DNA from: Acidimicrobiales bacterium
GTDB taxonomy: Bacteria > Actinomycetota > Acidimicrobiia > Acidimicrobiales > Bog-793
Direction: 5' to 3'
Length of the DNA: 64,000 nt
Assembly: GCA_049514105.1 (NCBI GenBank)
Contig: JBEKVJ010000001.1
Span: forward strand, 5,954-69,953
Shown here: piece by piece, positions 18,409 through 27,362 of the stretch
Numbering within the stretch: position 1 is the first letter of the stretch
Layout of the letters: every line of letters starts with the position of its first letter
The notes under the pieces: model-generated
Told to the model about the DNA's origin: nothing
The model's input: only the letters and a program-made list of their open reading frames with translations
Databases searched by the model: none
Translations under genes and position numbers: made by a program

Positions 18409-19655
18409 CTCACGGCACGCCCTCGCGCGCGACGCCGCCAAGTGGCAAGCGCACTGAGGGGTGCTTCCAATGGTTCACCATCGCGCCAGGCGACCACTGG
18501 GACGCCGCGACGCCCGAACTGTCTTCGCATTTCTGCGCGGTCGAGCTCTAGTAATCGTGAGGCGATCTCGCCGGCGGGAGATGACGGTTCTTCCGGGCCG
18601 CCGACGGTCTCGATCACAGCAAGGTCGACACCTCGCGCACGGATCGTCGCGAGCGCATTCAGCATCCGAGAGTCGTCGAGAGGGCTGATCGCGACCACCA
18701 AGCCGGTCGACGGCAACGTGCGAGAGGGGATGGTCTCAGCGCTCTTCCAGGCATAGGAGTGGTGCCACTGTGTAGCCGTGAGCGCGGCAACGAGCCGTTC
18801 AAGCTGCACCTGTCCCATGGCTGGCTCGACCCAGTGCAGCACACCACCGAAAGCTACGAGCCCAACACGGTCGTGGCGGGCGAGGTAAGCGGCCGCCAAA
18901 CCCGTGGCGGCACGTACCTGACGAGCCAGTAGAACAGCTGAGAAGGTGTCGACCAGCACGATGAGATCCGTGCTCCGCTCGGGATGGTGCAAGTTCACAT
19001 ACGGCTGTCCAGTTCGGGCTGTGACACGCCAATTCAGCCTGCCTGGTGCGCCCGCACAGAAGGGCCTCACTTCGGCGAACTCAATGCCGTCTCCAGGCTG
19101 GCGTGCGAGTCGATCACCGGCCGTCGCCCGCACCTCCAGCGCCCGCACGAGGCTTCGCACGGTGCCGAGCGCCGGTCTCACCTCCAGCTGAATCTTGCCG
19201 CCCGCAAGGTCCGATCTCACGAGCAGGCCAAATAGGCCCGGGACGCGCACCTTGGCTGGTCCGATCACGAACCGGCCGAAACGATTGGCCGTGAAGGGCA
19301 ACTCGATCAGCTGAGGGGTATCGACGTTCAGGCGGAGCGCCCACACTGTCGTGCCTTTGGAGCTCAGGCCAGCGGGGATGTTCAGCGCGATGTCGCAACG
19401 CGGCACCGTAACCGGCGTGATCAACTCGACGGAGACGGTCGCTTGCCCCCCCTCGACGAGCTGGGACTGGTCGACACTGAGGCGAATATCCGGCAAAGGA
19501 GCGACGGGGACCAGGATGCCTATAAACAAGGCGAACGCGAAAGGCGCCGCAAGGGCGACGATCGACGCCTCTCCGAGTACAACCGCGGCGAGTATCCCGA
19601 TTCCAGCGAGGGCAGCGTAGGCCACAACCTTCGGGGTCGCGCCCGGTACGCTCAC
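18405..19655 (-). CDS. DUF58-family protein (VWA-like, N-terminal TM segments)
   Basis: 416 aa with two N-terminal TM helices and the DUF58-type core ...LIVLVDTF...DRVGLVAFGGVLHWVEP... It lies immediately downstream of MoxR with a GTGA overlap. Confidence 0.8.
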   Translation of the reverse strand: MSVPGATPKVVAYAALAGIGILAAVVLGEASIVALAAPFAFALFIGILVPVAPLPDIRLSVDQSQLVEGGQATVSVELITPVTVPRCDIALNIPAGLSSKGTTVWALRLNVDTPQLIELPFTANRFGRFVIGPAKVRVPGLFGLLVRSDLAGGKIQLEVRPALGTVRSLVRALEVRATAGDRLARQPGDGIEFAEVRPFCAGAPGRLNWRVTARTGQPYVNLHHPERSTDLIVLVDTFSAVLLARQVRAATGLAAAYLARHDRVGLVAFGGVLHWVEPAMGQVQLERLVAALTATQWHHSYAWKSAETIPSRTLPSTGLVVAISPLDDSRMLNALATIRARGVDLAVIETVGGPEEPSSPAGEIASRLLELDRAEMRRQFGRRGVPVVAWRDGEPLEAPLSALATWRRRARGRAVR

Positions 19656-20644
19656 GAATCCTCAGCTACAGGTACCGGCACGGAGTCAAGGCATTGGGCA
19701 ACAAGCTCTTCTGGTCGGCTGCCTCGAAGCCAGAGGTCCGGCAAGAGCGTTAACCGGTGGGCTAGGCAAGCAACGGCGAGGGATTTGATGTCATCGGGAA
19801 GCACGAATTCGCGTTCATCCAGGGCAGCACGGGCTCGCGCCGAAAGCAGCAGCGCAAGCGAGCCGCGGGGGCTGGCTCCAACTTCGACACCCGCGAGGGA
19901 CCGTGTCGCACGGACCACGTCGACGAGGTACCGGCCGACTGGCTCGGCGATCTCTACGCGCTCGACCACAGCGCGCATGGCGAGGACGGTTTTGGCGTCG
20001 CAGACCCGTTCGAGGTCAACCTCTTCGCGTCCGCGGTCCGCTCGACGCTTGATCACGTCCCACTCTGCGTCGCGGTCCGGGTAGCCGACCGGGACGCGAA
20101 GCAGAAAACGGTCGAGTTGTGCCTCTGGAAGGGGGTACGTCCCTTCGTACTCGATCGGGTTCTGGGTCGCCACCACGGCGAAGGGCGACGGCAGAGTGTG
20201 CGTGACACCGTCTGCGGTCACCTGTTGCTCTTGCATCGCCTCGAGCAACGCCGCTTGGGTCTTCGGAGGAGCACGGTTGATCTCATCGCCGAGCACGAGG
20301 TTTGCGAAAACTGGTCCGGGTCGGAATACGAGCTCCCCGCGAGCCTGGTTGAAGACGCCAGAGCCTGTCAGGTCAGCCGGCATGAGGTCTGGGGTGAATT
20401 GGATTCTGGACATTTCCAAGCCAAGGACTCGCGCGAGAGAGCGCACAATGAGCGTCTTGGCAAGTCCGGGCACGTCTTCGAGGAGGACATGGCCCCCAGC
20501 CAGCACGCCGATGAGCACGAGAGAGATCGTCTCGCCTTTGCCGACGACCGCATGCTCTACCTCCGCGACGACGTCCTTGGCAATGCGGGCGACGTCGGCG
20601 ATGCCGAGCGAGCCGGCCGAGTCTTGGGTCTGAGCGGCTGTCAT
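19652..20644 (-). CDS. moxR: MoxR-family AAA+ ATPase
   Basis: 330 aa with GHVLLEDVPGLAKTLIVRSLARVLG...RIQFTPDLMPADLTG...VLGDEINRAPPKTQAALLEAMQE...ATQNPIE, the classic MoxR signature. Confidence 0.95.
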   Translation of the reverse strand: MTAAQTQDSAGSLGIADVARIAKDVVAEVEHAVVGKGETISLVLIGVLAGGHVLLEDVPGLAKTLIVRSLARVLGLEMSRIQFTPDLMPADLTGSGVFNQARGELVFRPGPVFANLVLGDEINRAPPKTQAALLEAMQEQQVTADGVTHTLPSPFAVVATQNPIEYEGTYPLPEAQLDRFLLRVPVGYPDRDAEWDVIKRRADRGREEVDLERVCDAKTVLAMRAVVERVEIAEPVGRYLVDVVRATRSLAGVEVGASPRGSLALLLSARARAALDEREFVLPDDIKSLAVACLAHRLTLLPDLWLRGSRPEELVAQCLDSVPVPVAEDS

Positions 20645-21162
20645 CGATCTCCTTCAAGCGCCTCGAGCACTCCGACGAATCTACGCACCCGCGATAGAGG
20701 AACGCCGCGAGCGAAACGATCGGTTGGAGGCTCGATGTAAGGGTCGACTAGCTCGAAGGCATCGGCGCCCAGCAGATCCGCGGCTCGCTCCCTGTCCGAG
20801 AGCGCGACACCCTTGCGAGCGAGGCACGCGCTCGCGATCTGCACGAGCCTCGGGCGCGTCTGGGCATAGAAGTCGCCGGCAGTCGAAGCACCGAAACGCA
20901 GCGATCGCTCGATCGACAGGAGGTCAGCCGTGCGAGCATCGGGAGGCTCGTCGGCCCCCCCGGGCGGCCTAGTTCGAGGCGGCGTCTCGACAGCCGTGGA
21001 GAGCGCGATCGATCCAGCGCCGATACCGAGCAAACCGAAGGCGCCGGCTGCAGCGCGCTCGAGCACAGCGGGGTGGGGCGCTCCGACTCCAAGCGCGATG
21101 GCTAGAGCAACTCCTACCAGGGCCGCGATCGTCAGGAAACCGACTGCGAGCGCCCGCGTCAA
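20641..21162 (-). CDS. Small membrane protein, unknown function (MoxR operon)
   Basis: 173 aa with two N-terminal hydrophobic segments. It has a TTG start in a TTGA overlap with the upstream stop and an ATGA overlap with moxR. Confidence 0.55.
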   Translation of the reverse strand: MTRALAVGFLTIAALVGVALAIALGVGAPHPAVLERAAAGAFGLLGIGAGSIALSTAVETPPRTRPPGGADEPPDARTADLLSIERSLRFGASTAGDFYAQTRPRLVQIASACLARKGVALSDRERAADLLGADAFELVDPYIEPPTDRFARGVPLSRVRRFVGVLEALEGDR

Positions 21163-22121
21163 CGTATTGTCCTGACGGGCAGCGTATTTTTCAACGCACC
21201 GAGCGCCGCGATCGCGTCGTACCGCATCGACTCGTTGACTGGTTGTCGACTGTATCGAGCCCGCTCGAACAACCCCGTGAGCGAGATCGCCGGCGTAGCG
21301 GCGGCCGCGGTCACCACGAGCATCCGGCGGAGATACTCTGCCGGCGTCTCGCTAGTCCGGCGCTCAGGGCCGTGCCTCGATCCGATATCGAGCAGCTGCA
21401 GATAGCACGCGATCACCGCGCGACGCGGATCAGGTTCAATGCCCGGGTCCGGCACAAACAGACCGTCGAGCTGCGAACTCAGAGCGTCTGGTTCTGAGCC
21501 CGTGAACTCGAACACTTGAGCCGTGTCTGCTTCAGACCCGACAGGACGAAATCTGTGCAAGGCGCGTCGCCACCCCATCGAGTGCACGAGCCGCGTAAGG
21601 ATGAGGACGACAACGATGCCTACGACGAGTCCGGAGGTCGTAAATGACGCGGCGGCGTTGAGGGGCAGTGAATTCACCGTGGAGGTTCCCGGTGAAAGCG
21701 CCCCTTCCCTCAGTCCCAGTGGGGGCTGGACATGTCGCTGGTGGGCGGCGAGCGCGGCCAGGAACGTAAGGCCCGCGAAAACCGCCAGCAGCCCTCCGGC
21801 TGCCAGGATTGGGGAGTGTCTTTGCGCCTCGGAGCTGTCAAGGCTTCTCCGATGTCTCGTGACGAGGCCCCAGAACAAAAGGGCGAGCGAAGCGATCCCA
21901 GCCAATCCGGCGAAGGTGATGAGCACGCTCAGCAGTATTGACGCCGGCCCACGACGTAGCTGAGAGGTCCCGGCCCCATGTAATGCCGAGGCTCCCATGA
22001 CAGCGAGCACAATGAGGAAACTCGGCAAGACCACACCGGCGGCCACCCTTGCCGGGAGCATCGTTGACCGCTTAGGCGTAGGGAGATTGCCACCGTTAGA
22101 TCGCGAATGCACCGTGGACAT
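21159..22121 (-). CDS. DUF4129-domain membrane protein
   Basis: The C-terminus ...ETPAEYLRRM...LTGLFERARYSRQPV... matches the DUF4129 pattern, and TM segments lie upstream. The ORF-track start (22301) would overlap the neighbouring gene. Starts at M61 (22121) or M81 (22061) are more plausible. Confidence 0.65.
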   Translation of the reverse strand: MSTVHSRSNGGNLPTPKRSTMLPARVAAGVVLPSFLIVLAVMGASALHGAGTSQLRRGPASILLSVLITFAGLAGIASLALLFWGLVTRHRRSLDSSEAQRHSPILAAGGLLAVFAGLTFLAALAAHQRHVQPPLGLREGALSPGTSTVNSLPLNAAASFTTSGLVVGIVVVLILTRLVHSMGWRRALHRFRPVGSEADTAQVFEFTGSEPDALSSQLDGLFVPDPGIEPDPRRAVIACYLQLLDIGSRHGPERRTSETPAEYLRRMLVVTAAAATPAISLTGLFERARYSRQPVNESMRYDAIAALGALKNTLPVRTIR

Positions 22122-22276
22122 TCTAAGGGTGGGCCTCGCTGGCTGAGAGCTTGGCCGATCTCTAGGTGTCGTTGCCGAACTACTGACTTCGAGAGAAGGC
22201 CTGCATTGCGATCGGGACGAACCTGTCAAAGGCCGCCCGGATTCTGTGGTGGCTGGCGTCCGCCACAACAACAGCG

Positions 22277-24172
22277 TCAGGCCATGATCTCCTCGACGCA
22301 CCTCTGTGCGTCCACGAAGGCCCTGAGGCGGCTCTTCGGTGACGGGATGTAATGGGTGAAGTATCGAACGCCTTCAGTGAGAGAGCCGAACACCCAAATT
22401 CTATGCGCAGGCTGACCCCAGGAGTCGATCGGGTGGAACGACTCGTTCAAGGCGATGCTGCCCACCTCGGTGCTGCCGTAGCTGAGGGGCTGGAGCCTTC
22501 CGTCCTGCCAGAGTCTCCTAAGCAGGCTCGAAGTCGAACGGGAGATTGTCGGGTTCTCGAGGTGCCCACGTATCAGCCAATCCACGTGTTCGCAATACGG
22601 CTCGTCGAAGCGCCTGGAGCTCAACTCGAACCCACCTGCCCGATCCTCGTTCACGACGGGCGAGGGCCCGAAGGGAATCGTGACGAGCCCCGCGTCTATG
22701 AGCGCGAGGAGCTGTTTGGAGCGCAGCGGTGGAGGTCCTGCCACAAGGTGGTTAACCCTGGTCTTGATGTTGTCGCGAAAGTCGAGGTATGACTCGAGCG
22801 TCAGTCCTTTGAACTCGACGACCAGTCGCATGAGTTCGCGCATATGACGGAGCACCTCATAGGCAGATTTCACCGGGGCAGAACCGCCGCGGAGGGCCTC
22901 ACCGAGGTCGGCCTCGACAATCGAGTAGATCTGGGATCCGTAGTCCTTGGTGGAGACGTAGTTGCTGTGCGGCCCGAACAAGTGCCGAGCGGGGTCGAAC
23001 TCGCCGTAGTTGGCGGAAACCTTGCGCACTAGCGACTGGTAGGACCCGTCGCTCCAGGCCCGCCCGAGCCGCTTGCGTACTTCATCGCACGCAGAAGGAC
23101 CCTCGGTGATGAGGGCCGACTGGGAGTAGTAACGGATCTGCATCTCGGCGAGTATCATCGGCAACACAGCAGAACGGAAGTCAATCTGACGCCTTGGCCG
23201 GCCGGTACCGAGCCCGCCCTGAATGGCTCCGATCGCCTGCCTGGAGCAGACGACCGCCTCGTACTCGTCGCTCTCGTCCACGGTCGCGATCGCCTTGGCG
23301 GCATAAGGGACGCCGCTGCGCGAGAAGAGGCGAATCGCTGGTTCCTCGCCCGATCTCATGTAGTGGAACTGCTCTCCGCGTTCTACGTACGAGCCACCTC
23401 TTCCCACAGTCAGAGCCGTCAGGACATCTACAGCGGCGAGACCCATGCCTTCGATGGCGACTTTGGCGTCACGTGGGATCGTGTTTGCGAAGCGGCTTAC
23501 AGGATAAGGCCTTGCCACGAGGGCCTGGTTTGTGGGTGGCTGGACGTTGTCGGTGTGGCCAGAGGTCAAGATGACATGATCAACCTCGAACTGCTCGCCG
23601 TTTCCCAACAGAACGCACTCGCGTCCAGTAGAGCGGGCCAGAACGTTGACTGCTTCGGCCCGGTGGTGGACGATCTCAACCTTTGAGGGAGCCGACGCGA
23701 CGAGCTTTTGGTAGAACCACTGTAGGTATTCACCCATGATCCGCAGCGGGACATAATCCTGCGGACTCACCGGCCGGCCCTCGGGGCGGATTCGGCAGCT
23801 ATTGCCCACCCACCGATGACCAGATTCGGCCAACCACCCGTAGAGCCCGAGAGCGTATTCGGGGGACGGCCCGGCATCTTGCCACGGGTAAAGGGAAACC
23901 TGCCCGCAAGGAGTGTTTAGGGTCAGGTAGTCCGGCTGGTCAGAAGCGTAGATGCCAGACCCCGGCATCCCGGGCTCGACCACGTGCACGCGGACAGGTC
24001 CCCACTGTGAGCGCGAATTCGTGATTATGCGCTCAAGGAAGCTCAAGCCCCAGGGACCAAGCCCGACAATTGCGACTTCCGTCAAAACGTGCTGCTCCGG
24101 CGCAAGAGCACGGGCTGAGCCTACTACCACATCCACCGGATCGGGACATTCTCGGTTCCCAATCGAACGCAC
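22277..24172 (-). CDS. FAD/NAD(P)-binding domain protein (large, uncharacterised oxidoreductase family)
   Basis: 631 aa with an N-terminal dinucleotide-binding motif VAIVGLGPWGLSFLERI and a second ...VAIEGMGLAAVDV... Confidence 0.7.
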   Translation of the reverse strand: MRSIGNRECPDPVDVVVGSARALAPEQHVLTEVAIVGLGPWGLSFLERIITNSRSQWGPVRVHVVEPGMPGSGIYASDQPDYLTLNTPCGQVSLYPWQDAGPSPEYALGLYGWLAESGHRWVGNSCRIRPEGRPVSPQDYVPLRIMGEYLQWFYQKLVASAPSKVEIVHHRAEAVNVLARSTGRECVLLGNGEQFEVDHVILTSGHTDNVQPPTNQALVARPYPVSRFANTIPRDAKVAIEGMGLAAVDVLTALTVGRGGSYVERGEQFHYMRSGEEPAIRLFSRSGVPYAAKAIATVDESDEYEAVVCSRQAIGAIQGGLGTGRPRRQIDFRSAVLPMILAEMQIRYYSQSALITEGPSACDEVRKRLGRAWSDGSYQSLVRKVSANYGEFDPARHLFGPHSNYVSTKDYGSQIYSIVEADLGEALRGGSAPVKSAYEVLRHMRELMRLVVEFKGLTLESYLDFRDNIKTRVNHLVAGPPPLRSKQLLALIDAGLVTIPFGPSPVVNEDRAGGFELSSRRFDEPYCEHVDWLIRGHLENPTISRSTSSLLRRLWQDGRLQPLSYGSTEVGSIALNESFHPIDSWGQPAHRIWVFGSLTEGVRYFTHYIPSPKSRLRAFVDAQRCVEEIMA

Positions 24173-24253
24173 GTCGTCGCCCTATTACCACGGAGAGTGA
24201 GCATAAGCTACTGGCGTCAGGAAAGGCGCTCGGGGCCACAGGATGGCTAGAAT

Positions 24254-25390
24254 TTGCCAATGCCCCCCGAAAAGCCACATTGGTCGCATCTATACCGGGA
24301 GGTCGTAACTTCCGGTCTTTGCACAGGGTGTTCGGCGTGCGTTGTCGTTTGCCCATATGACGTTCTTGGCTACGACGACCAAAGAGGCGTCTACCACCCC
24401 TTCCACGTCCCCGAGATGGGCGGAGCCGACGACTGCGTTCACGGTGAGAAGGGCTGCACCCTCTGCACGCGGGCCTGCCCGCGCTTTCGCGCCTGGGAGC
24501 CAGAGGTCGACACTTTCCTTTTTGGCCGCGATCGCACGGAGGACGAGATCTACGGGGTAGCTCAGGATGTGCTCCTCGCTCGGGCCACAGACCCGGAGGT
24601 AATGGCCGCGGGCCAGGACGGGGCCCTTGTCTCGGCGCTGTTGATATGGGCGCTTGAGCATGACGTCATCGACGCCGCGCTCGTGTCTGAAGTCGAAGGT
24701 GACGGCACGAGCTGGAAGGCTGTGCCCGGCGTTGCCCGCAACCGCGCCGAAGTGCTCGCGGCGGCAGGGTCGCGCTATACCTACTCGGCCAACCCCCTTG
24801 CCTATGTGGCAGCAACTGATGCAGGCGCGGAGAGGATTGCCCTTGTGGGCATGGGCTGCCAGGCCTCGGCGCCGGCGATCATGTCGGCGCGAAAGGCGGG
24901 CAAGGTCGCGCGACGTTTCGTGCTGACTATAGGGCTGTTGTGCTCGAAGACCTTCGACGACGCGATTTTCCCGGAGCTGTTTGAGGCGCGCTACGGCTTG
25001 GCCCGCGAGGACATTGTGAAGATGAACATTAAGGGCATCTTCCAGGTCTGGACCCGCGACGGCGAGCTACACGAGATCCCGCTCAAAGAGGCACACGAGT
25101 GGACCCGGGAAGGCTGCAAGCACTGCCCTGACTTCGCTGCTGAGCACGCCGACATTTCCACCGGCGGAATCGGGACTTTCCCCCGCTGGACCCTGACGAT
25201 GGTCCGCACCGACAAGGGGCGCGAGCTGATCTCAGCCATGCAGGCCGCCGGCGCCATAGAGACTCGGCGCGCCTTCGACGAGGATCCTGACGCTGTGGCG
25301 CTCTTGCGCAAGCTGTCCCGGGTGAGCCGCCGGCGCTGGCCTGAAGACGCCGAACCGGCTCCGCGCAGGATCCCGGTCGCGAGCGCCTGA
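24254..25390 (+). CDS. FrhB/FdhB-family protein (coenzyme F420 hydrogenase/dehydrogenase beta-subunit-like, 4Fe-4S)
   Basis: 378 aa with the ferredoxin-type cluster CTGCSACVVVCPYDVL...CTLCTRACP. The remainder is FrhB-like ...QDGALVSALL...IALVGMGCQA...CKHCPDFAAEHADISTGGIG. Confidence 0.8.
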   Translation: MPMPPEKPHWSHLYREVVTSGLCTGCSACVVVCPYDVLGYDDQRGVYHPFHVPEMGGADDCVHGEKGCTLCTRACPRFRAWEPEVDTFLFGRDRTEDEIYGVAQDVLLARATDPEVMAAGQDGALVSALLIWALEHDVIDAALVSEVEGDGTSWKAVPGVARNRAEVLAAAGSRYTYSANPLAYVAATDAGAERIALVGMGCQASAPAIMSARKAGKVARRFVLTIGLLCSKTFDDAIFPELFEARYGLAREDIVKMNIKGIFQVWTRDGELHEIPLKEAHEWTREGCKHCPDFAAEHADISTGGIGTFPRWTLTMVRTDKGRELISAMQAAGAIETRRAFDEDPDAVALLRKLSRVSRRRWPEDAEPAPRRIPVASA

Positions 25391-25410
25391 GGGCCTTTTC
25401 GAAAAAGAGC

Positions 25411-26121
25411 TCAGGCGCTGAGGACGCGGGCACGAGCAAGCAGCTCGTCGAACATCTTTGCAGTGAGCAACCCCGTGAATACGTTCCTCTGACTCGGATG
25501 GTAAGAGCACAACAATGTGCGCGGAGGCACTGCGCCGAAGGGCGGCAGTGCCAGTTCGAGCCCGTGAGCAAAGCGCTCGCGTCGTAGCCTCTGACCGCCT
25601 CTCACTTCTGGCAGGCGCCAGAGCGCCTCGTAGGCGAAAGCACCGAGGGCGAGCAGTACGCGCGCTGATGTGAGCTCGTGCAGCTCCGCGGAGAGATAGC
25701 AGGCGCACGTGTCGCGCTCTAGAGGCGTCGGCTTGTTTGCTGGCGGGGCACAACGCACGGCCGCCGTCACCCAAGCTCCAGCCAGCTCGAGCCCATCATC
25801 GACCGAGCGGCTGAGCGTCTGGTTGGCGAACCCGGCGCGGTGCAAGGCGGCGAACAAGAAGTCACCCGAGCGGTCCCCGGTGAACATCCGTCCGGTGCGG
25901 TTTCCGCCGTTGGCCGCCGGTGCGAGGCCTACGACGACGAGCCTGGCATCGGGATCGCCGAAGCCTCGTAGCGGGCGTGCCCAGTACGCCTCGCCGGCGT
26001 GCGACGCAGGTGGTTTGGAGGCTACTAGGGCCCGCCAGGCCACCAACCTGGGACAACGCTTGCAGGTGGCCACTTCGCGGCCTAACTGTTCCAGACGCCA
26101 GACGGCCGATCGCACGATCAA
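25411..26121 (-). CDS. Uracil-DNA glycosylase, family 5 (UdgB-like)
   Basis: 236 aa with CKRCPRLVAWR... and GLAPAANGGNRTGRMFTGDRSGDFLF, which fits the family-5 rather than the family-4 motif. Confidence 0.8.
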   Translation of the reverse strand: MIVRSAVWRLEQLGREVATCKRCPRLVAWRALVASKPPASHAGEAYWARPLRGFGDPDARLVVVGLAPAANGGNRTGRMFTGDRSGDFLFAALHRAGFANQTLSRSVDDGLELAGAWVTAAVRCAPPANKPTPLERDTCACYLSAELHELTSARVLLALGAFAYEALWRLPEVRGGQRLRRERFAHGLELALPPFGAVPPRTLLCSYHPSQRNVFTGLLTAKMFDELLARARVLSA

Positions 26122-26130
26122 AAGGCTACG

Positions 26131-26799
26131 GTGTCAGTCGTGCCGTCATCTCGTCGCAAACCACCTCGCTCGACAGTGGTCTGCCTCGTGCGCCATGGAT
26201 CGACGGCCACCACCGGCAAGGTGCTTCCTGGGCGAGCACGGGGCCTGCACCTGTCTGAGCAGGGTCGCGCCGAGGCTGCCAAGGCAGGCGAAGCCCTCTC
26301 ATCGATCTCTGTTGCGGCCCTTTACTCGTCTCCTCTGGAGCGGACGCGCGAGACAGCTCTGGCTATCTCCGCCCACGTGGCTCGGCCCGTTGTGGCCGAG
26401 CGCGGCCTCATCGAGTGCGATTTCGGTACCTGGACGGGCGAGAGCCTCGCCCAGCTGTGCAAGCTGCCCGAGTGGCAGACGGTTCAACGCTGGCCGTCCG
26501 GATTCCGCTTTCCAGGTGGTGAGTCGTTCGTCGAGCTCCAGTCCCGGCTCACCGACACGATCGCGATGATTCGCGACGGTCATCCCGGTGAGGTCGTCGT
26601 GGCCGTCTCACACGCAGATTGCATAAAGGTCGTGCTGGCGAGCGTCCTCGGCGTGCCCCTCGACCTTTTCCAGCGCATCGTCGTCGCCCCCTGTTCGATC
26701 TCGACGATCGTCTACGGCCCTGGAGGACCGGCGGTGCTCGCCATGGGCGTGACAAGCGGCCCTGCCGGTCTTGTGCCGACGCGGGAGATGTCGAGGTGA
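26131..26799 (+). CDS. Histidine-phosphatase/phosphoglycerate-mutase-family protein (MSMEG_4193-type putative phosphomutase)
   Basis: 222 aa with the RHG motif (VCLVRHGST), ...SSPLERTRETA... and a late H (VAVSHAD). It is the first gene of the conserved actinobacterial trio. Confidence 0.85.
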   Translation: MSVVPSSRRKPPRSTVVCLVRHGSTATTGKVLPGRARGLHLSEQGRAEAAKAGEALSSISVAALYSSPLERTRETALAISAHVARPVVAERGLIECDFGTWTGESLAQLCKLPEWQTVQRWPSGFRFPGGESFVELQSRLTDTIAMIRDGHPGEVVVAVSHADCIKVVLASVLGVPLDLFQRIVVAPCSISTIVYGPGGPAVLAMGVTSGPAGLVPTREMSR

Positions 26800-27362
26800 G
26801 CGACGATTTCGAGCTGGCCAACCCTGACAGGGTGACCATTGGGACAGTCGGCCCTGTGGGTGAGCGCGTCTTCCTCTTGCAAGTGCGCGAGGGCGTCTTC
26901 ATAAGAACGCTGAAGCTGGAGAAGGCTCAGGTCTCCGCCTTGGCTCGTTTCCTCGGTCGGATGCTCGCCGAGCTGGAGCGTCCGGGCGAGCTGCCCTCTG
27001 GCAGCGAGCTCGCGCTCGAGCCCTTCGCCGAGCCCGACTTCGTTGTGCGCTCCCTCGGCGTCAGCTACGACGAGGATCTTGATCGCATCATCCTCGTCGC
27101 CGAGGAGATCGACCGAACTGAGCCGGAAGCCGATGTCGAAGCGCTCTTCGGCCTCGCCGATGAACTCGAGCTTGAGATCGAGGAGGACGCCGGTTCGAGT
27201 GTTCGCGTCTCGATAACTCGAGAACAAGCCGCCGCACTGGCCATCCGCGGGACAGAGCTTGTCGAGGCAGGCAGGCCCCCCTGCCCGCTATGCGGGTACC
27301 CGCTCGATGCGAGAGGCCACGTGTGCCCGAGGACGAACGGCCACCGCCCGCCGCTGACCTGA
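26796..27362 (+). CDS. DUF3090-family protein
   Basis: The GTG start forms a GTGA overlap with the upstream stop. It has VSDDFELANPDRVTIGTVGPVGERVFLLQ... and a C-terminal CPLCGYPLDARGHVCPRTNGH zinc-ribbon-like motif. The longer ORF-track extension (from 26619) overlaps the phosphatase and was not used. Confidence 0.75.
   Translation: MSDDFELANPDRVTIGTVGPVGERVFLLQVREGVFIRTLKLEKAQVSALARFLGRMLAELERPGELPSGSELALEPFAEPDFVVRSLGVSYDEDLDRIILVAEEIDRTEPEADVEALFGLADELELEIEEDAGSSVRVSITREQAAALAIRGTELVEAGRPPCPLCGYPLDARGHVCPRTNGHRPPLT

Noticed and set aside
22122-22301. N-terminal 60 codons of the DUF4129 ORF
   Set aside because: They are Ser/Arg/Pro-rich and overlap the 3' end of the FAD/NAD(P)-binding gene. 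The first TM-containing sequence begins after internal Met codons.
25709-26569. 286-aa plus-strand ORF spanning the UDG gene and the phosphatase gene
   Set aside because: It overlaps two well-supported genes (one antisense, one out of frame) and has an Ala/Arg/Ser/Pro-rich composition with no motifs.
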